Virus record (IMG/VR): IMGVR_UViG_3300021255_000042 | Coordinates: 45,729 to 109,728 of that record | Length of the DNA: 64,000 nucleotides | Origin: a virus | Taxonomy: Duplodnaviria; Caudoviricetes | Strand: one strand, 5' to 3' | Part shown: one piece after another, positions 9,389-18,508 of the stretch | How positions within the stretch are numbered: the first letter of the stretch is position 1 | How the letters are laid out: the number at the start of each line of letters is the position of its first letter | Made by a program: the position numbers and the translations under genes | The notes under the pieces: generated by a model | The model's input: the letters and a program-made list of their open reading frames with translations, nothing else | Database searches by the model: none | What the model was told of the DNA's origin: nothing

Positions 9389-10743
9389 CACGCAGCCTTG
9401 TTAATGTTCATTGTACGAACACGGTCATAGAACTGCTCGTGTTGGTAATCGGTAGCAATGCGGAACGGTTCGCCCTTCTTGAACCAACGGGCCTTTGCAA
9501 CGTGGATGCGCATCGTCTCTTCCTTCGCCTCACGGTCGGACTGGTTGAGCGTGATGAGGTGAGTAAGCGGCCTGGAAAGACCTTTGGCCTCGGAAGTATT
9601 GTACTCCGTCAGCACGTTCTTCTCATCATTGATCCACTCACGGTTCTCGATAGTGGCCTGGTAGGTAACAACCATCCAGACATCCTCATCGGCGGCCAGG
9701 TCTTTTAGGTCGTTGGCAACGGCAATTCTCTTGTGACGTTCGCCGTTCTCGCCCCATTGCCTTCCAGAAGAATCCGTAAGCAAGTCCATCGAATCCACTA
9801 TAACAACGTCAGGATTCACGCCGTAGCGTTTCTTGAACTCCGTGATGCCGTTCTTGATGTCGATGGTCGATACGTGGCAGTTGAACTTTGGATAGGATTT
9901 CACATAGAGCTTTCCAGATACACTCTTAAGCTCTTCCTCCATCTTTTCCAGTTCTGCGTCACGGATCGTGCCGGTCTCATACCTGAAGACATCACAGGCC
10001 GTAATAGCCGCCGAATAAGCGTTCACGGTCTCAGCCTTACTGCCCTCCAGCGAGAAATGAAGTACGTTCAATCCGTCACGGCAGGCGTTGGCTCCGATAT
10101 GACGGGCAACGTGGCTCTTTCCTACGCCGGTAGCGGCCATGAAGCAGGTAAGCTGGGTACGGAGGTCATGTGCTCCGTTGCGTTCGTCCAGCTCATCAAT
10201 ATAGAACCTGGTGATGGCACGCTTGCGGCCAACGGAGTTATGTTTCTGCCGGTTCTCCTTGAAGCGTGAACCAAACGTATCAATGACGTTCACATAGTCG
10301 GATTCGCGCAGGCTGAAGTTCTGAGACCAAGTAGCATAATCGTTCAGTTTGGTCTGGGCCTTCTCGTGTTCCTGCTTGTTGTAAAGCTCGCCTACCTCTT
10401 TGTAGGTTTTCTGGAAGCGGACTTGCTTTATGTACTGTTCAAGCTGTTCCAGGATTTCGTTTGTGCCGGTGACGTTGGCAGTATCGTATATGTCTTCTGC
10501 AAGGGTAACGGCACCGCGATCACTCGCAATCGACTGTTTGAGGATGCTGAATGATGGGCAATGCTTGTACTCCTTGTAGTAATTTGATAGGGCCGTGTGG
10601 ATTTTGATGAAGTCCTTGTCCGGCAGATAGTCCTTCTTGATGTTATCCACCACAACAGCCAGGATATACTCATTATCCAAGCAGGTGCGGTAAACATCCA
10701 TCAAGAATTCTTCCGTCAGGACATTATTTGTTTGATTCGCCAT
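9388..10743 (-). CDS. DnaB-like replicative helicase
   Basis: AATGVGKS Walker A, HFSLE, VIVDSMDLL. Likely start MANQTNN at 10743. Confidence 0.88.
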   Translation of the reverse strand: MANQTNNVLTEEFLMDVYRTCLDNEYILAVVVDNIKKDYLPDKDFIKIHTALSNYYKEYKHCPSFSILKQSIASDRGAVTLAEDIYDTANVTGTNEILEQLEQYIKQVRFQKTYKEVGELYNKQEHEKAQTKLNDYATWSQNFSLRESDYVNVIDTFGSRFKENRQKHNSVGRKRAITRFYIDELDERNGAHDLRTQLTCFMAATGVGKSHVARHIGANACRDGLNVLHFSLEGSKAETVNAYSAAITACDVFRYETGTIRDAELEKMEEELKSVSGKLYVKSYPKFNCHVSTIDIKNGITEFKKRYGVNPDVVIVDSMDLLTDSSGRQWGENGERHKRIAVANDLKDLAADEDVWMVVTYQATIENREWINDEKNVLTEYNTSEAKGLSRPLTHLITLNQSDREAKEETMRIHVAKARWFKKGEPFRIATDYQHEQFYDRVRTMNINKAA

Positions 10744-11317
10744 ATTCCACTCTGATTCTGAAGAGTTCGGGATATTTCTTATCCGTCTCTCGTTTACATT
10801 GTTCAATAAAATTACAATCGCCGCAAGATTCTGAAAGTGGGCTCCAGCCAAGCGTAGATGATTGACAAATTGCAAATCCGACAGGACGGTTCAGTAGCCT
10901 TTTCTTCGTCTGTTCCTCGGATTGCAGATAGATGTAGCGTGCAAGGGGGTGTTCGCTCCGGTCAGCTATGAGTTGAATCAATGCGTCCCTCGTAAGCCCT
11001 CCCTCTTCCAGCCATTTATCTTCGTAGTACCGTGCGCCTCGCTTGGATTCTTTCAGCCTCTTGATTGAAGACGGGCCGAATGCCTGGTTTACCGTCCAGG
11101 ATTCACGGTTCTTATAAGCGTGCGCCGTGCAGATGCAAAAGTCAACCAGTCTTTCCTTAGTGACTGCGCCGAACTCTTTCTCGAACAATCCTATGAATTT
11201 GGTCAAGACCCTGGCTGTCGAACCTCCCTGGGAAAACCGGAAGGAAGAATCAACCAGTTTCTTCTCGATCTCGCTAAAGACCTTCATTGTCTTCTTGACC
11301 CACTTTTCGCTCTCCAT
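10724..11317 (-). CDS. hypothetical protein with C-terminal Cys cluster (possible helicase loader)
   Basis: 197-aa ORF overlapping both neighbours, with a C..CxxC..C cluster. Loader role inferred from position only. Confidence 0.55.
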   Translation of the reverse strand: MESEKWVKKTMKVFSEIEKKLVDSSFRFSQGGSTARVLTKFIGLFEKEFGAVTKERLVDFCICTAHAYKNRESWTVNQAFGPSSIKRLKESKRGARYYEDKWLEEGGLTRDALIQLIADRSEHPLARYIYLQSEEQTKKRLLNRPVGFAICQSSTLGWSPLSESCGDCNFIEQCKRETDKKYPELFRIRVEYGESNK

Positions 11318-11921
11318 CTCGCGTTAAGTACTTTTTCATAAATTGTCGAGCCAGGTACAGGCGGCTCTTGACGGTTTCTATGTTGTGGGACTTAAGTGTC
11401 CCTCGTTTGAATTCAATATCGGCTATCTCCTTAAGGGAATAACCGGCCTGTTGTAAGAGAAGTGCGTCCCGATGAATCGGCTTCATCATATCGAGCACCT
11501 GAAGAATGTCATCGTTGTAATAGTCACGGTAATTATCGATCGACATAAACTTGTGAGAAGGTTTCTCAGTGTCGGGTATATTATCTTGGCAAGTATCGAT
11601 GTTGTCGCAAAATTGCTCACTCTCTTCCTCCTCGGCCCTCTTCTTCTCCAGCTCGAAAACGCAACGTTTGGTGCAGATGTGTAGCCAAGTCTTGATCGAA
11701 CGGGACGGATCGTAAGTTTCGATGCCCCGGTAGAAATTAATCAAGACCTCGTTATAGTTTTCACGGACGTTGCGCATACTTGTGGAGTACTGCATCACAA
11801 GCTTATAAATCATATTCTTGTAAGGCATAACATACTCCTGGAAGAGTTCGTTTCGTCTCTTTATGACTTCTGGCTCACGCTCTCGCTTTTCTCTTTCTTG
11901 ATTGCGTACACTGTCCACCAT
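11274..11921 (-). CDS. phage ECF-type RNA polymerase sigma factor
   Basis: Region 2 (YDPSRSIKTWLHIC) and region 4 (GYSLKEIA...ETVKSRLYLAR). Confidence 0.85.
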   Translation of the reverse strand: MVDSVRNQEREKREREPEVIKRRNELFQEYVMPYKNMIYKLVMQYSTSMRNVRENYNEVLINFYRGIETYDPSRSIKTWLHICTKRCVFELEKKRAEEEESEQFCDNIDTCQDNIPDTEKPSHKFMSIDNYRDYYNDDILQVLDMMKPIHRDALLLQQAGYSLKEIADIEFKRGTLKSHNIETVKSRLYLARQFMKKYLTRDGERKVGQEDNEGL

Positions 11922-12130
11922 TCGGTCGCAACTTCCTTGTTAAACATTAAAGTTGCTTTGTCAGTCAATTTGCGGGCAGCGCAGTATTTCCTCCAGCGGT
12001 TCTGAAGTGATAAGAACTTCAAGCGAACCTCATCATCGGAGGGTTTGGGACGCTTGTCAAGAAAGTCACAGAATTCAGTAAGAAGCTCCTGACACTTGTC
12101 CTTATCTGATTGGTAAATTCTGTTACTCAT
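11861..12130 (-). CDS. hypothetical protein
   Basis: 89-aa ORF coupled to its neighbours. Confidence 0.55.
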   Translation of the reverse strand: MSNRIYQSDKDKCQELLTEFCDFLDKRPKPSDDEVRLKFLSLQNRWRKYCAARKLTDKATLMFNKEVATEWWTVYAIKKEKSESVSQKS

Positions 12131-12624
12131 TAGATATGAAATTTATGGATGTAGTATTGCCAGATATGCAAGGCATCGGCCTCGTTGTCATCGATGCACT
12201 CAACCTTCCAGCGAAGCTTGGCGAACTTTATCATGGTCGCCTTGTCTGCGTTTCCATCGCCGGTCGCCCAGCTCTTTACTACCTTCACGTTGATGAAGGC
12301 CGGTTCTGGAAGGTCAAGTGTGTCGCATACCTCCAGTAGAATGCCCCTGAATTCAGAAAGCTTGCGTTGGTCGATGAAGTGGTTGTTCACGTTCACATCC
12401 TCTGCTACAATCTGTCTAATGTCGTACTTCGTAATGAAGTCAATAAGGGTGTCTCTGAAAGCCTTATGCTGCTTATTATTATTGCGGCGCATCGATTCCT
12501 CAAAGTTCCAGGTGCCACTCTCGTGGGTCGAATAGAACCCGCAATGGGTGGCAATATCAAGTCCTAAAACCTGATCCCTGGTTGGCTTCTGAGCCGATGC
12601 CTGTGTCATATCCTTTGTTGCCAT
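12130..12624 (-). CDS. RuvC-like Holliday junction resolvase
   Basis: VLGLDIAT, IVAED, KSWATGDGNADK, DDNEADAL. Confidence 0.85.
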   Translation of the reverse strand: MATKDMTQASAQKPTRDQVLGLDIATHCGFYSTHESGTWNFEESMRRNNNKQHKAFRDTLIDFITKYDIRQIVAEDVNVNNHFIDQRKLSEFRGILLEVCDTLDLPEPAFINVKVVKSWATGDGNADKATMIKFAKLRWKVECIDDNEADALHIWQYYIHKFHI

Positions 12625-14945
12625 TAAATGAATGAAATTCCGTTACGTTTATTTACCACCAGCTTGTAGGGATAGTTCTCGGCGATGTTTCCGTGGCTCA
12701 CGATCAAACTGGTAATCTGGAGGGAGTTCAAGGATTCGAAGATGTTTGCAAGGCCGGTTTCATCGGTCGCATCCAATATCTCATCCAGGATAAGGAGATC
12801 AAGCCCCTTACCTTCCGCGCAGCTTACATTGGTGAGTTTGTGCATTGCCAGGATGTTCGCCAGATTTACACGCGCCTTCTCGCCTTCGGAGAACTTATCG
12901 AACGAGCCGCAGTTCACACCGTCACGAAGAAGGGAAATGGAAATCTTGTCACGAACCTTCCCTGATTTAAGAATAGTGAAACCGGAGAAGGAAATGCGTA
13001 TATCAGAGCCAATCTTCTCCAGGAACTCGTTCGTGATATGTGCAAGGGCCTCAATCTTGGAGTTGGCAAGGTGGGTCTTGAACTCTACAAACGTGGTTTC
13101 CTGGGAACGATACTTAGCCAGTTCCTTTTCGACCTTCTCCTTGGCTGTGACGGCCTTTTCGTAGTCCTTCTGATACTTAACCTTACTCTGCTTCAAGTTG
13201 TCGATTACATCGTTCTCCAGGGCCTTCTCCGCGTCCGCAATGGATTCTTCAAAGGACTGGATGGAACCTTCGGCATTGGAGATGGCGCGTTCAGCATCCC
13301 TCTGGGCGTTTTCAGCCGTATCAGTCTCGCTATCGATGAACTGGAAAGCATCATCGAACATATCCGAGCGCAGGTCTTCGATGTCACGCTGAACATCGTC
13401 AATCTGGTTCTCTATGTCCTGACGGTCGTTCTTATGGCTTGATTCGATACGGATAAGCCGGTCAAGTTCAAGCTGGGAATCCGACACGCGCTTCGACCAG
13501 TCACTCTGCTTGGTGTTAAGAACGGTCTGCTTTTCGCGGGCCTTCTTACCGTCCTCGATGGTATTGTCGATGTCCTTCTGGGTGGCCTCGATGCGTTCCT
13601 CGTTCTCGGACTTGACACCTTCCAGATCGGCGAGGGAATCGCGCACCTGTTCAATATCAATGTCTTCTGAGAGGGAGAATTCATGGCCGCACTTAGGGCA
13701 GGTAATAACACCGGCAAGCTGCTTGTTGAGAGCCGCTATCTGACGGTCGAAATGGATGTTGTCGGAACGATTCTGGGCGATCTCTGCCTCCATCTTTCGT
13801 ACCTTTGCGGTAAGCGTGCGAATGGTTTCTTCAACCTCCGGCATTTCCGCATCGTACTCTTCCTTGAAGGCGTTGAATTCTTTAACCAGGGAATCGTGCT
13901 TGGTCTTGGCGGCTTTAACCGCATCGGCGCGTTGCTTGTCCTGGGCGGCCTGCTCTGCCAAATCACGTTCGAGTTCCTTCAGCTTGTTTTTCAGTGATGC
14001 AAGGCGGGTCATATAATCAGAGAACTGAAAGCCGTATTTAGCGAACAGTTCCTTGATGGCCTTATTGTCATCCTCGATACTGCCAGAGGCATTTTCGATT
14101 TCGGTGAGTTTGGTGTACACAGCATCCAGGTCGGCAAGGCGCGTCTCATAGTTGGTGATTGCTTCCTTGCGCTTACGAATAAGTGCGCGCTTGTCGGCAA
14201 TGAGCTGGCGAAGATTGGCGATGCGTTCCTCACGAGACTTTGCGCGTTCCTCGTTGGAAGAGACGGCCTTCTCAATCTGCTCTTCTATGGCCTCAATACG
14301 GCCCTGGCAAGTGGAGACATTCTTCTCAGCCTCATATACGCTATCCTGGATGGGTTTCATATCTTCCTGAAGGGCAGCTATGGATTCGTCCACCAGAATA
14401 CCGTTTGAGAATCGGTTGATGATTTCCTTCTTGTCCTTGTCGGAGCTGGAAAGGAATGAAGAATACTTGTGCTTGCAGAGGATATAGTTGGCATAGATGT
14501 CGTCCTTGGTGATACCGATAAGGTCAAGAACGTACTTGTTGTAATCGAGAACGGATGCCTGAGATACCGGCTCCCAGTCAAATTCGCCATCCTCCTTCTG
14601 GCCGTTGGAAAGAAGCACAGTAATTGCCTGCGGGTTCTTCCTGGAAATGACACGGCTGATGGTGGCGTATTGGCCGGTGAAGTCGTTGGAAAGCAGCAGT
14701 GAAACGGTGGCCTCATCCGCGTTATCGTTGATGATCTCGTCTATCTTGATGTTGCGGAGAGTTGCACCGGTAAGACCGACCGCAATGGCTTCAATAAGGG
14801 CAGACTTCCCAGACCCGTTCGAGAGCTGAGAATCGTTATCCATATTGTTGCCGAAAATCAGCGTGGCGTGGCTCTGCTGGATGGCATAGTCAAGCTCCTT
14901 AAATGCGCTGAAGTCTTTGGCGTGTATTTGTTGTAATCTCCACAT
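12624..14945 (-). CDS. SbcC/Rad50-like ATPase
   Basis: NGSGKS, coiled coil with CPKC zinc hook, FSEGEK signature, LILDE. Confidence 0.92.
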   Translation of the reverse strand: MWRLQQIHAKDFSAFKELDYAIQQSHATLIFGNNMDNDSQLSNGSGKSALIEAIAVGLTGATLRNIKIDEIINDNADEATVSLLLSNDFTGQYATISRVISRKNPQAITVLLSNGQKEDGEFDWEPVSQASVLDYNKYVLDLIGITKDDIYANYILCKHKYSSFLSSSDKDKKEIINRFSNGILVDESIAALQEDMKPIQDSVYEAEKNVSTCQGRIEAIEEQIEKAVSSNEERAKSREERIANLRQLIADKRALIRKRKEAITNYETRLADLDAVYTKLTEIENASGSIEDDNKAIKELFAKYGFQFSDYMTRLASLKNKLKELERDLAEQAAQDKQRADAVKAAKTKHDSLVKEFNAFKEEYDAEMPEVEETIRTLTAKVRKMEAEIAQNRSDNIHFDRQIAALNKQLAGVITCPKCGHEFSLSEDIDIEQVRDSLADLEGVKSENEERIEATQKDIDNTIEDGKKAREKQTVLNTKQSDWSKRVSDSQLELDRLIRIESSHKNDRQDIENQIDDVQRDIEDLRSDMFDDAFQFIDSETDTAENAQRDAERAISNAEGSIQSFEESIADAEKALENDVIDNLKQSKVKYQKDYEKAVTAKEKVEKELAKYRSQETTFVEFKTHLANSKIEALAHITNEFLEKIGSDIRISFSGFTILKSGKVRDKISISLLRDGVNCGSFDKFSEGEKARVNLANILAMHKLTNVSCAEGKGLDLLILDEILDATDETGLANIFESLNSLQITSLIVSHGNIAENYPYKLVVNKRNGISFI

Positions 14946-14947
14946 AA

Positions 14948-15994
14948 TCAGTTGATTTTATCAAGATACTGAAGCCCCATTTCACTGTCGATTTCCTTCT
15001 GGGAGCAGAAATTGGTGTACTCGTCCTTGATGCCGGACTTGTCGAACTTCTGGTCGAGGGCGTGTGATTCGATTTCAGTCACTTCGGTCTGCTCGGTCAC
15101 TATCTCAACCTTTGTAGCACCGGCATCGATAAGCTTCTGCTTGTCAACGTTCGGGGCCTCATCGGAATAGCAGGAGACCTTGACTTTGACCTTGTAACGT
15201 TCATCAGATTTAACCTCTTCCAGCTGCTCTATGAAGTTGTTGTCGAGCTTGGTGTAATCCACCTCCATATTCTTGTAGCGGATATTCACCTGGTTCTTGA
15301 CAAATTCATAGGAGCCGTCATCGTACAGGACTGTGTAACCCTTTTCCTCGTCCTCGCCGAACGTGTGCTGGCGCGATGAACCGATGTACTCGATCTTGGT
15401 GCCTGGGATGAGCTTGCGGTCATGGTAATGGCCGACAAGAACCGCATCGAAAGCCTTGAAGATTTTCGTAGGGAGTTCATCTTCGCCCGGCTGGGCGAGG
15501 CCACCGCGAATTCCCTGGTGGCAGTAGAGGATATTGATATAGTCGTTGTCGCCTACCTCGTACTCCTTGATGATACCTTCCAGTCGCTTTGTGAAAGAGC
15601 CGTTCTCTGGGAAGTAACTCATAACATAAAGATTGACCTTCTGGTACTCCAGGACGGTGCATTCATCGGCAACAGTAACGCCATCATAACCATCGAAAAT
15701 GTGGCTGTAGCCAAGAAGTGATTCCTGATCAACCAAATCGTGGTTTCCCTCCGCAATCGTGACGAACACGTCTGCTTCACGCGCTTTCATAATGGCCTGG
15801 CGCACCGCAAGGAGCACATCAAGCGTCTGGGAAGAACGTGACTGCCAAAGGTCGCCTCCAATAACAAGGTCGTCAATGTCACGTTCCTTGCAGATTGAAA
15901 GGGCCTCGTCCCAATTTTTATGGAATTCTGGAATGTTGTCCTTACTGATATGGATGTCGTTCATCAGTAAGGCGCAGGGGCGTTTCTGATTCAT
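14948..15994 (-). CDS. SbcD/Mre11-like nuclease
   Basis: DIH, GGDL, GNHD, GHYH metallophosphoesterase motifs. Confidence 0.9.
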   Translation of the reverse strand: MNQKRPCALLMNDIHISKDNIPEFHKNWDEALSICKERDIDDLVIGGDLWQSRSSQTLDVLLAVRQAIMKAREADVFVTIAEGNHDLVDQESLLGYSHIFDGYDGVTVADECTVLEYQKVNLYVMSYFPENGSFTKRLEGIIKEYEVGDNDYINILYCHQGIRGGLAQPGEDELPTKIFKAFDAVLVGHYHDRKLIPGTKIEYIGSSRQHTFGEDEEKGYTVLYDDGSYEFVKNQVNIRYKNMEVDYTKLDNNFIEQLEEVKSDERYKVKVKVSCYSDEAPNVDKQKLIDAGATKVEIVTEQTEVTEIESHALDQKFDKSGIKDEYTNFCSQKEIDSEMGLQYLDKIN

Positions 15995-16010
15995 AGTAAG
16001 AGGTTATAAA

Positions 16011-16048
16011 GGGGCACACAAACCTAATCGTGTGCCCCACCGTTACAC
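16011..16048 (-). terminator. intrinsic terminator-like hairpin after SSB
   Basis: GGGGCACAC/GTGTGCCCC inverted repeat followed by TTTA on the minus strand. Confidence 0.55.
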
Positions 16049-16052
16049 ATCA

Positions 16053-17381
16053 TTAACGCCTTCTTGCGGGACGACCTGCGCGGCGGCCTGCCGCCGGTTC
16101 GTTGGTGTCGTCATTTCTTTCTTCACGGGCCCTACGTGCAGGACGCTCTTCTGGCTCCGGTTCCGGTTCGGGTTCTTTCTCCTTCTCAGGCTCCGACTTC
16201 TCGGCTTCCTTGGCGGGCTTGCCAGCCTTCTCACCGGCCTCTGCTGCCTCGTCCATGATGTCCTGGATGTCGTTCAGGAGGTCTTGGTTGGTGTCGCGGC
16301 GGCTCGGCTTGATGTCAAGGCCGTTGGCCTCGATGAACTCCATGATGGAAGCACGAAGGTCTTGACCTTCCTCGGACTTGTCGTCCAGACCAGCCTCGGT
16401 AATCTGCTCGTATGTGTCCCAGAGCGTATCGAGGGTGGTAGCACCTTCACCAGCCTTGTCGTTGCCGTCACCACCGTTCATGGTGAAATGGCTGTTGTCG
16501 TCTGAAGGCAGGGAAAGCTTGATCTGGTCGATGCAGTCCTTGATGTCGTCGTCTTCCATAACATCGATGTCAAACTGCTCTTCGTACTGCTTCAGGAAAG
16601 CGATGGTTGCCTCCAGATGGAAGCGGGTGTAGCGATAGATGACCTCCGGCAGACGGGGAGCATCGAATAGGGCCTGGAGTTCAGCATCGGTAAGGGCGGC
16701 ATCATCACCACCGAGCATATCGATGTTGAAGGAGTAGCTGGTCTTGTTGTTCTCAGTGGAACGCGTGATTTCCAGCGGGTAGGCTTCATCGATGGAAGAG
16801 ATAGGGCAAGGTGCCTTGGGGTCTTTCTTGCGAAGCTTCTCCCACAGAGCGAGCTTGCGTTCCTCCAGTTCCTTGTACTGGGCGAAGGAGAGTTTGAGAA
16901 TCTGGAGACCGTCACTGCGCTTGTCGATGTCGAGGACGTACATACAACGCTTCGAATCGTAGCGGAGGCCACCGTTGAAGCTTGTGCTGCGAACCTTCTT
17001 GATGAGGGCTTCGTCATCGGAGTACTTCTCGCACACCTTGTCAACGAAGAGATCGATAAGGTCGTTCTCCAGCTTGGGAAAACGCTTCTTGGCATTGCAG
17101 ACACTCACCATAGTGGTCTTTTCCTTACCCTTGGCATCGGTGCCCTTGATCTTCAAAAGAAGCTCCTTGGTGTCGTACTCGTAGCCGAGGCGTTCCATCA
17201 CGGGTTCGCCGTTAGCATCGATAACCGGAGCGAGAGGGAGAATACGAACTGCAACAGTTCCGTCCTGATTGAATCTCAGGTACTTGGTAGTTTTCCTCGA
17301 TTCCTGGGAAAACTTTTTCTTGGCATCCTCTAAGGATTCCTGGTTCTGGAGGAATAGATTCCTCAAATTTTCTGTACTCAT
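16053..17381 (-). CDS. putative gp32-like single-stranded DNA-binding protein
   Basis: VRILP N-terminal motif, highly acidic C-terminal region, position in the recombination operon. Confidence 0.6.
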   Translation of the reverse strand: MSTENLRNLFLQNQESLEDAKKKFSQESRKTTKYLRFNQDGTVAVRILPLAPVIDANGEPVMERLGYEYDTKELLLKIKGTDAKGKEKTTMVSVCNAKKRFPKLENDLIDLFVDKVCEKYSDDEALIKKVRSTSFNGGLRYDSKRCMYVLDIDKRSDGLQILKLSFAQYKELEERKLALWEKLRKKDPKAPCPISSIDEAYPLEITRSTENNKTSYSFNIDMLGGDDAALTDAELQALFDAPRLPEVIYRYTRFHLEATIAFLKQYEEQFDIDVMEDDDIKDCIDQIKLSLPSDDNSHFTMNGGDGNDKAGEGATTLDTLWDTYEQITEAGLDDKSEEGQDLRASIMEFIEANGLDIKPSRRDTNQDLLNDIQDIMDEAAEAGEKAGKPAKEAEKSEPEKEKEPEPEPEPEERPARRAREERNDDTNEPAAGRRAGRPARRR

Positions 17382-17395
17382 TGAGCGTAATGATG

Positions 17396-17866
17396 TTATT
17401 TGTTACGGAAGTGAAGTTTCCACATCTCAGCCTGCGCATCAGCATAATATCCTTGGGCCTCTTTGGAAGAGAGTTCTTCCCTGGACGGTATTTTGATGCC
17501 CCACTGGGAGGCGGCGTGATGAATGATCATTCCAATAACATCATCCATCTCAATTGACTTTTCATTTTTCAGGTCGAAGTATTCGTACTTCTCCCCGTTG
17601 ATATAGGCGGTATGAATCGGGGCGTAAACCTCTTCAAAGTACCTATATAAAGATTCTACGCTTGGGTGATCCGGGAGTTGGTCTGAGATCAGCTTCAAGA
17701 CCGTTCCAAACAAGTATTTCAATTGAGGTAGAGGGCGATTCCTTGTATCATCGTACAAATAGAAGAGAAAAGTACCTTCTTTTGGCAGATGTGCCACCGA
17801 ATCTAATAGCTCTCTGGTGTCAGCGTTACCATTGTGGACTTCGATAACGCCTTGTTTCTTCATCAT
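17396..17866 (-). CDS. NinB/YbcN-like recombination protein
   Basis: RPLPQLKYLFGTVLKLISD...SVESLY pattern resembles the NinB family. Confidence 0.45.
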   Translation of the reverse strand: MMKKQGVIEVHNGNADTRELLDSVAHLPKEGTFLFYLYDDTRNRPLPQLKYLFGTVLKLISDQLPDHPSVESLYRYFEEVYAPIHTAYINGEKYEYFDLKNEKSIEMDDVIGMIIHHAASQWGIKIPSREELSSKEAQGYYADAQAEMWKLHFRNK

Positions 17867-17902
17867 TTCTTCATAAGGCGATTATATTTAATTGTTCGAA
17901 TG

Positions 17903-17910
17903 CAAAGTTA
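17903..17910 (-). promoter_or_regulatory. Bacteroidota sigma-A -7 box (TAACTTTG) for the replication operon
   Basis: Matches TAnnTTTG in an AT-rich intergenic region, 37 nt upstream of the first gene. Confidence 0.6.
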
Positions 17911-18040
17911 ATGAAAGTATTTTTGAAATATGCAATGAAAATTGAAAATTTCTTGATTATTTTTCAAACCTTTTTCAAGCTATATTGATTATCAATGATT
18001 TACAAATTCACTGCACATATCAAAAAATGTTCTTTTGCCA

Positions 18041-18508
18041 TTAACGCCAAAACTCGCTGGTAATGTCAATTTTCTCGTACTTGCCCTTCCCGTGCCGCCG
18101 GATTTCATAGAGCCGCTGGTTGGTCGTAGGCTTATTCAGAGGTCCTAATTCCTTGACATACGGGCCGACTTTGATGTAATCAAAAACCCAGTAGCAACGC
18201 TTGTCAACCTCGGTCTTACCACTATACAAAGCAACGGCCCGATGATTACCGGCATATACAGCCAGATCAAGCAACGTCTCGATGTCGTCCCCTTCCCCAA
18301 GGAACAACACGCAGTTCACGCCAAAGTTCTTATCCAGCAAATCATCAATGACGCTGGGAGTAAGCGGAATGCCGATGTTGTCCCTCAGTTCCGGCGAATG
18401 ACACCCAGGGCAGTTACCCCTGCAATTGGAAATGGATATTGCAAGGGTAACTTTTCCGGGTATTTCCTCCATTACAACGGAGGTCATAGATGGGACGAAC
18501 TTAATCAT
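18041..18508 (-). CDS. nrdG: anaerobic RNR activating radical-SAM protein
   Basis: CRGNCPGCH motif, adjacent to nrdD. Confidence 0.92.
   Translation of the reverse strand: MIKFVPSMTSVVMEEIPGKVTLAISISNCRGNCPGCHSPELRDNIGIPLTPSVIDDLLDKNFGVNCVLFLGEGDDIETLLDLAVYAGNHRAVALYSGKTEVDKRCYWVFDYIKVGPYVKELGPLNKPTTNQRLYEIRRHGKGKYEKIDITSEFWR

Noticed and set aside
16150-16200. EPEPEPEPE low-complexity repeat
   Set aside because: Ordinary coding low-complexity linker in the acidic SSB tail.
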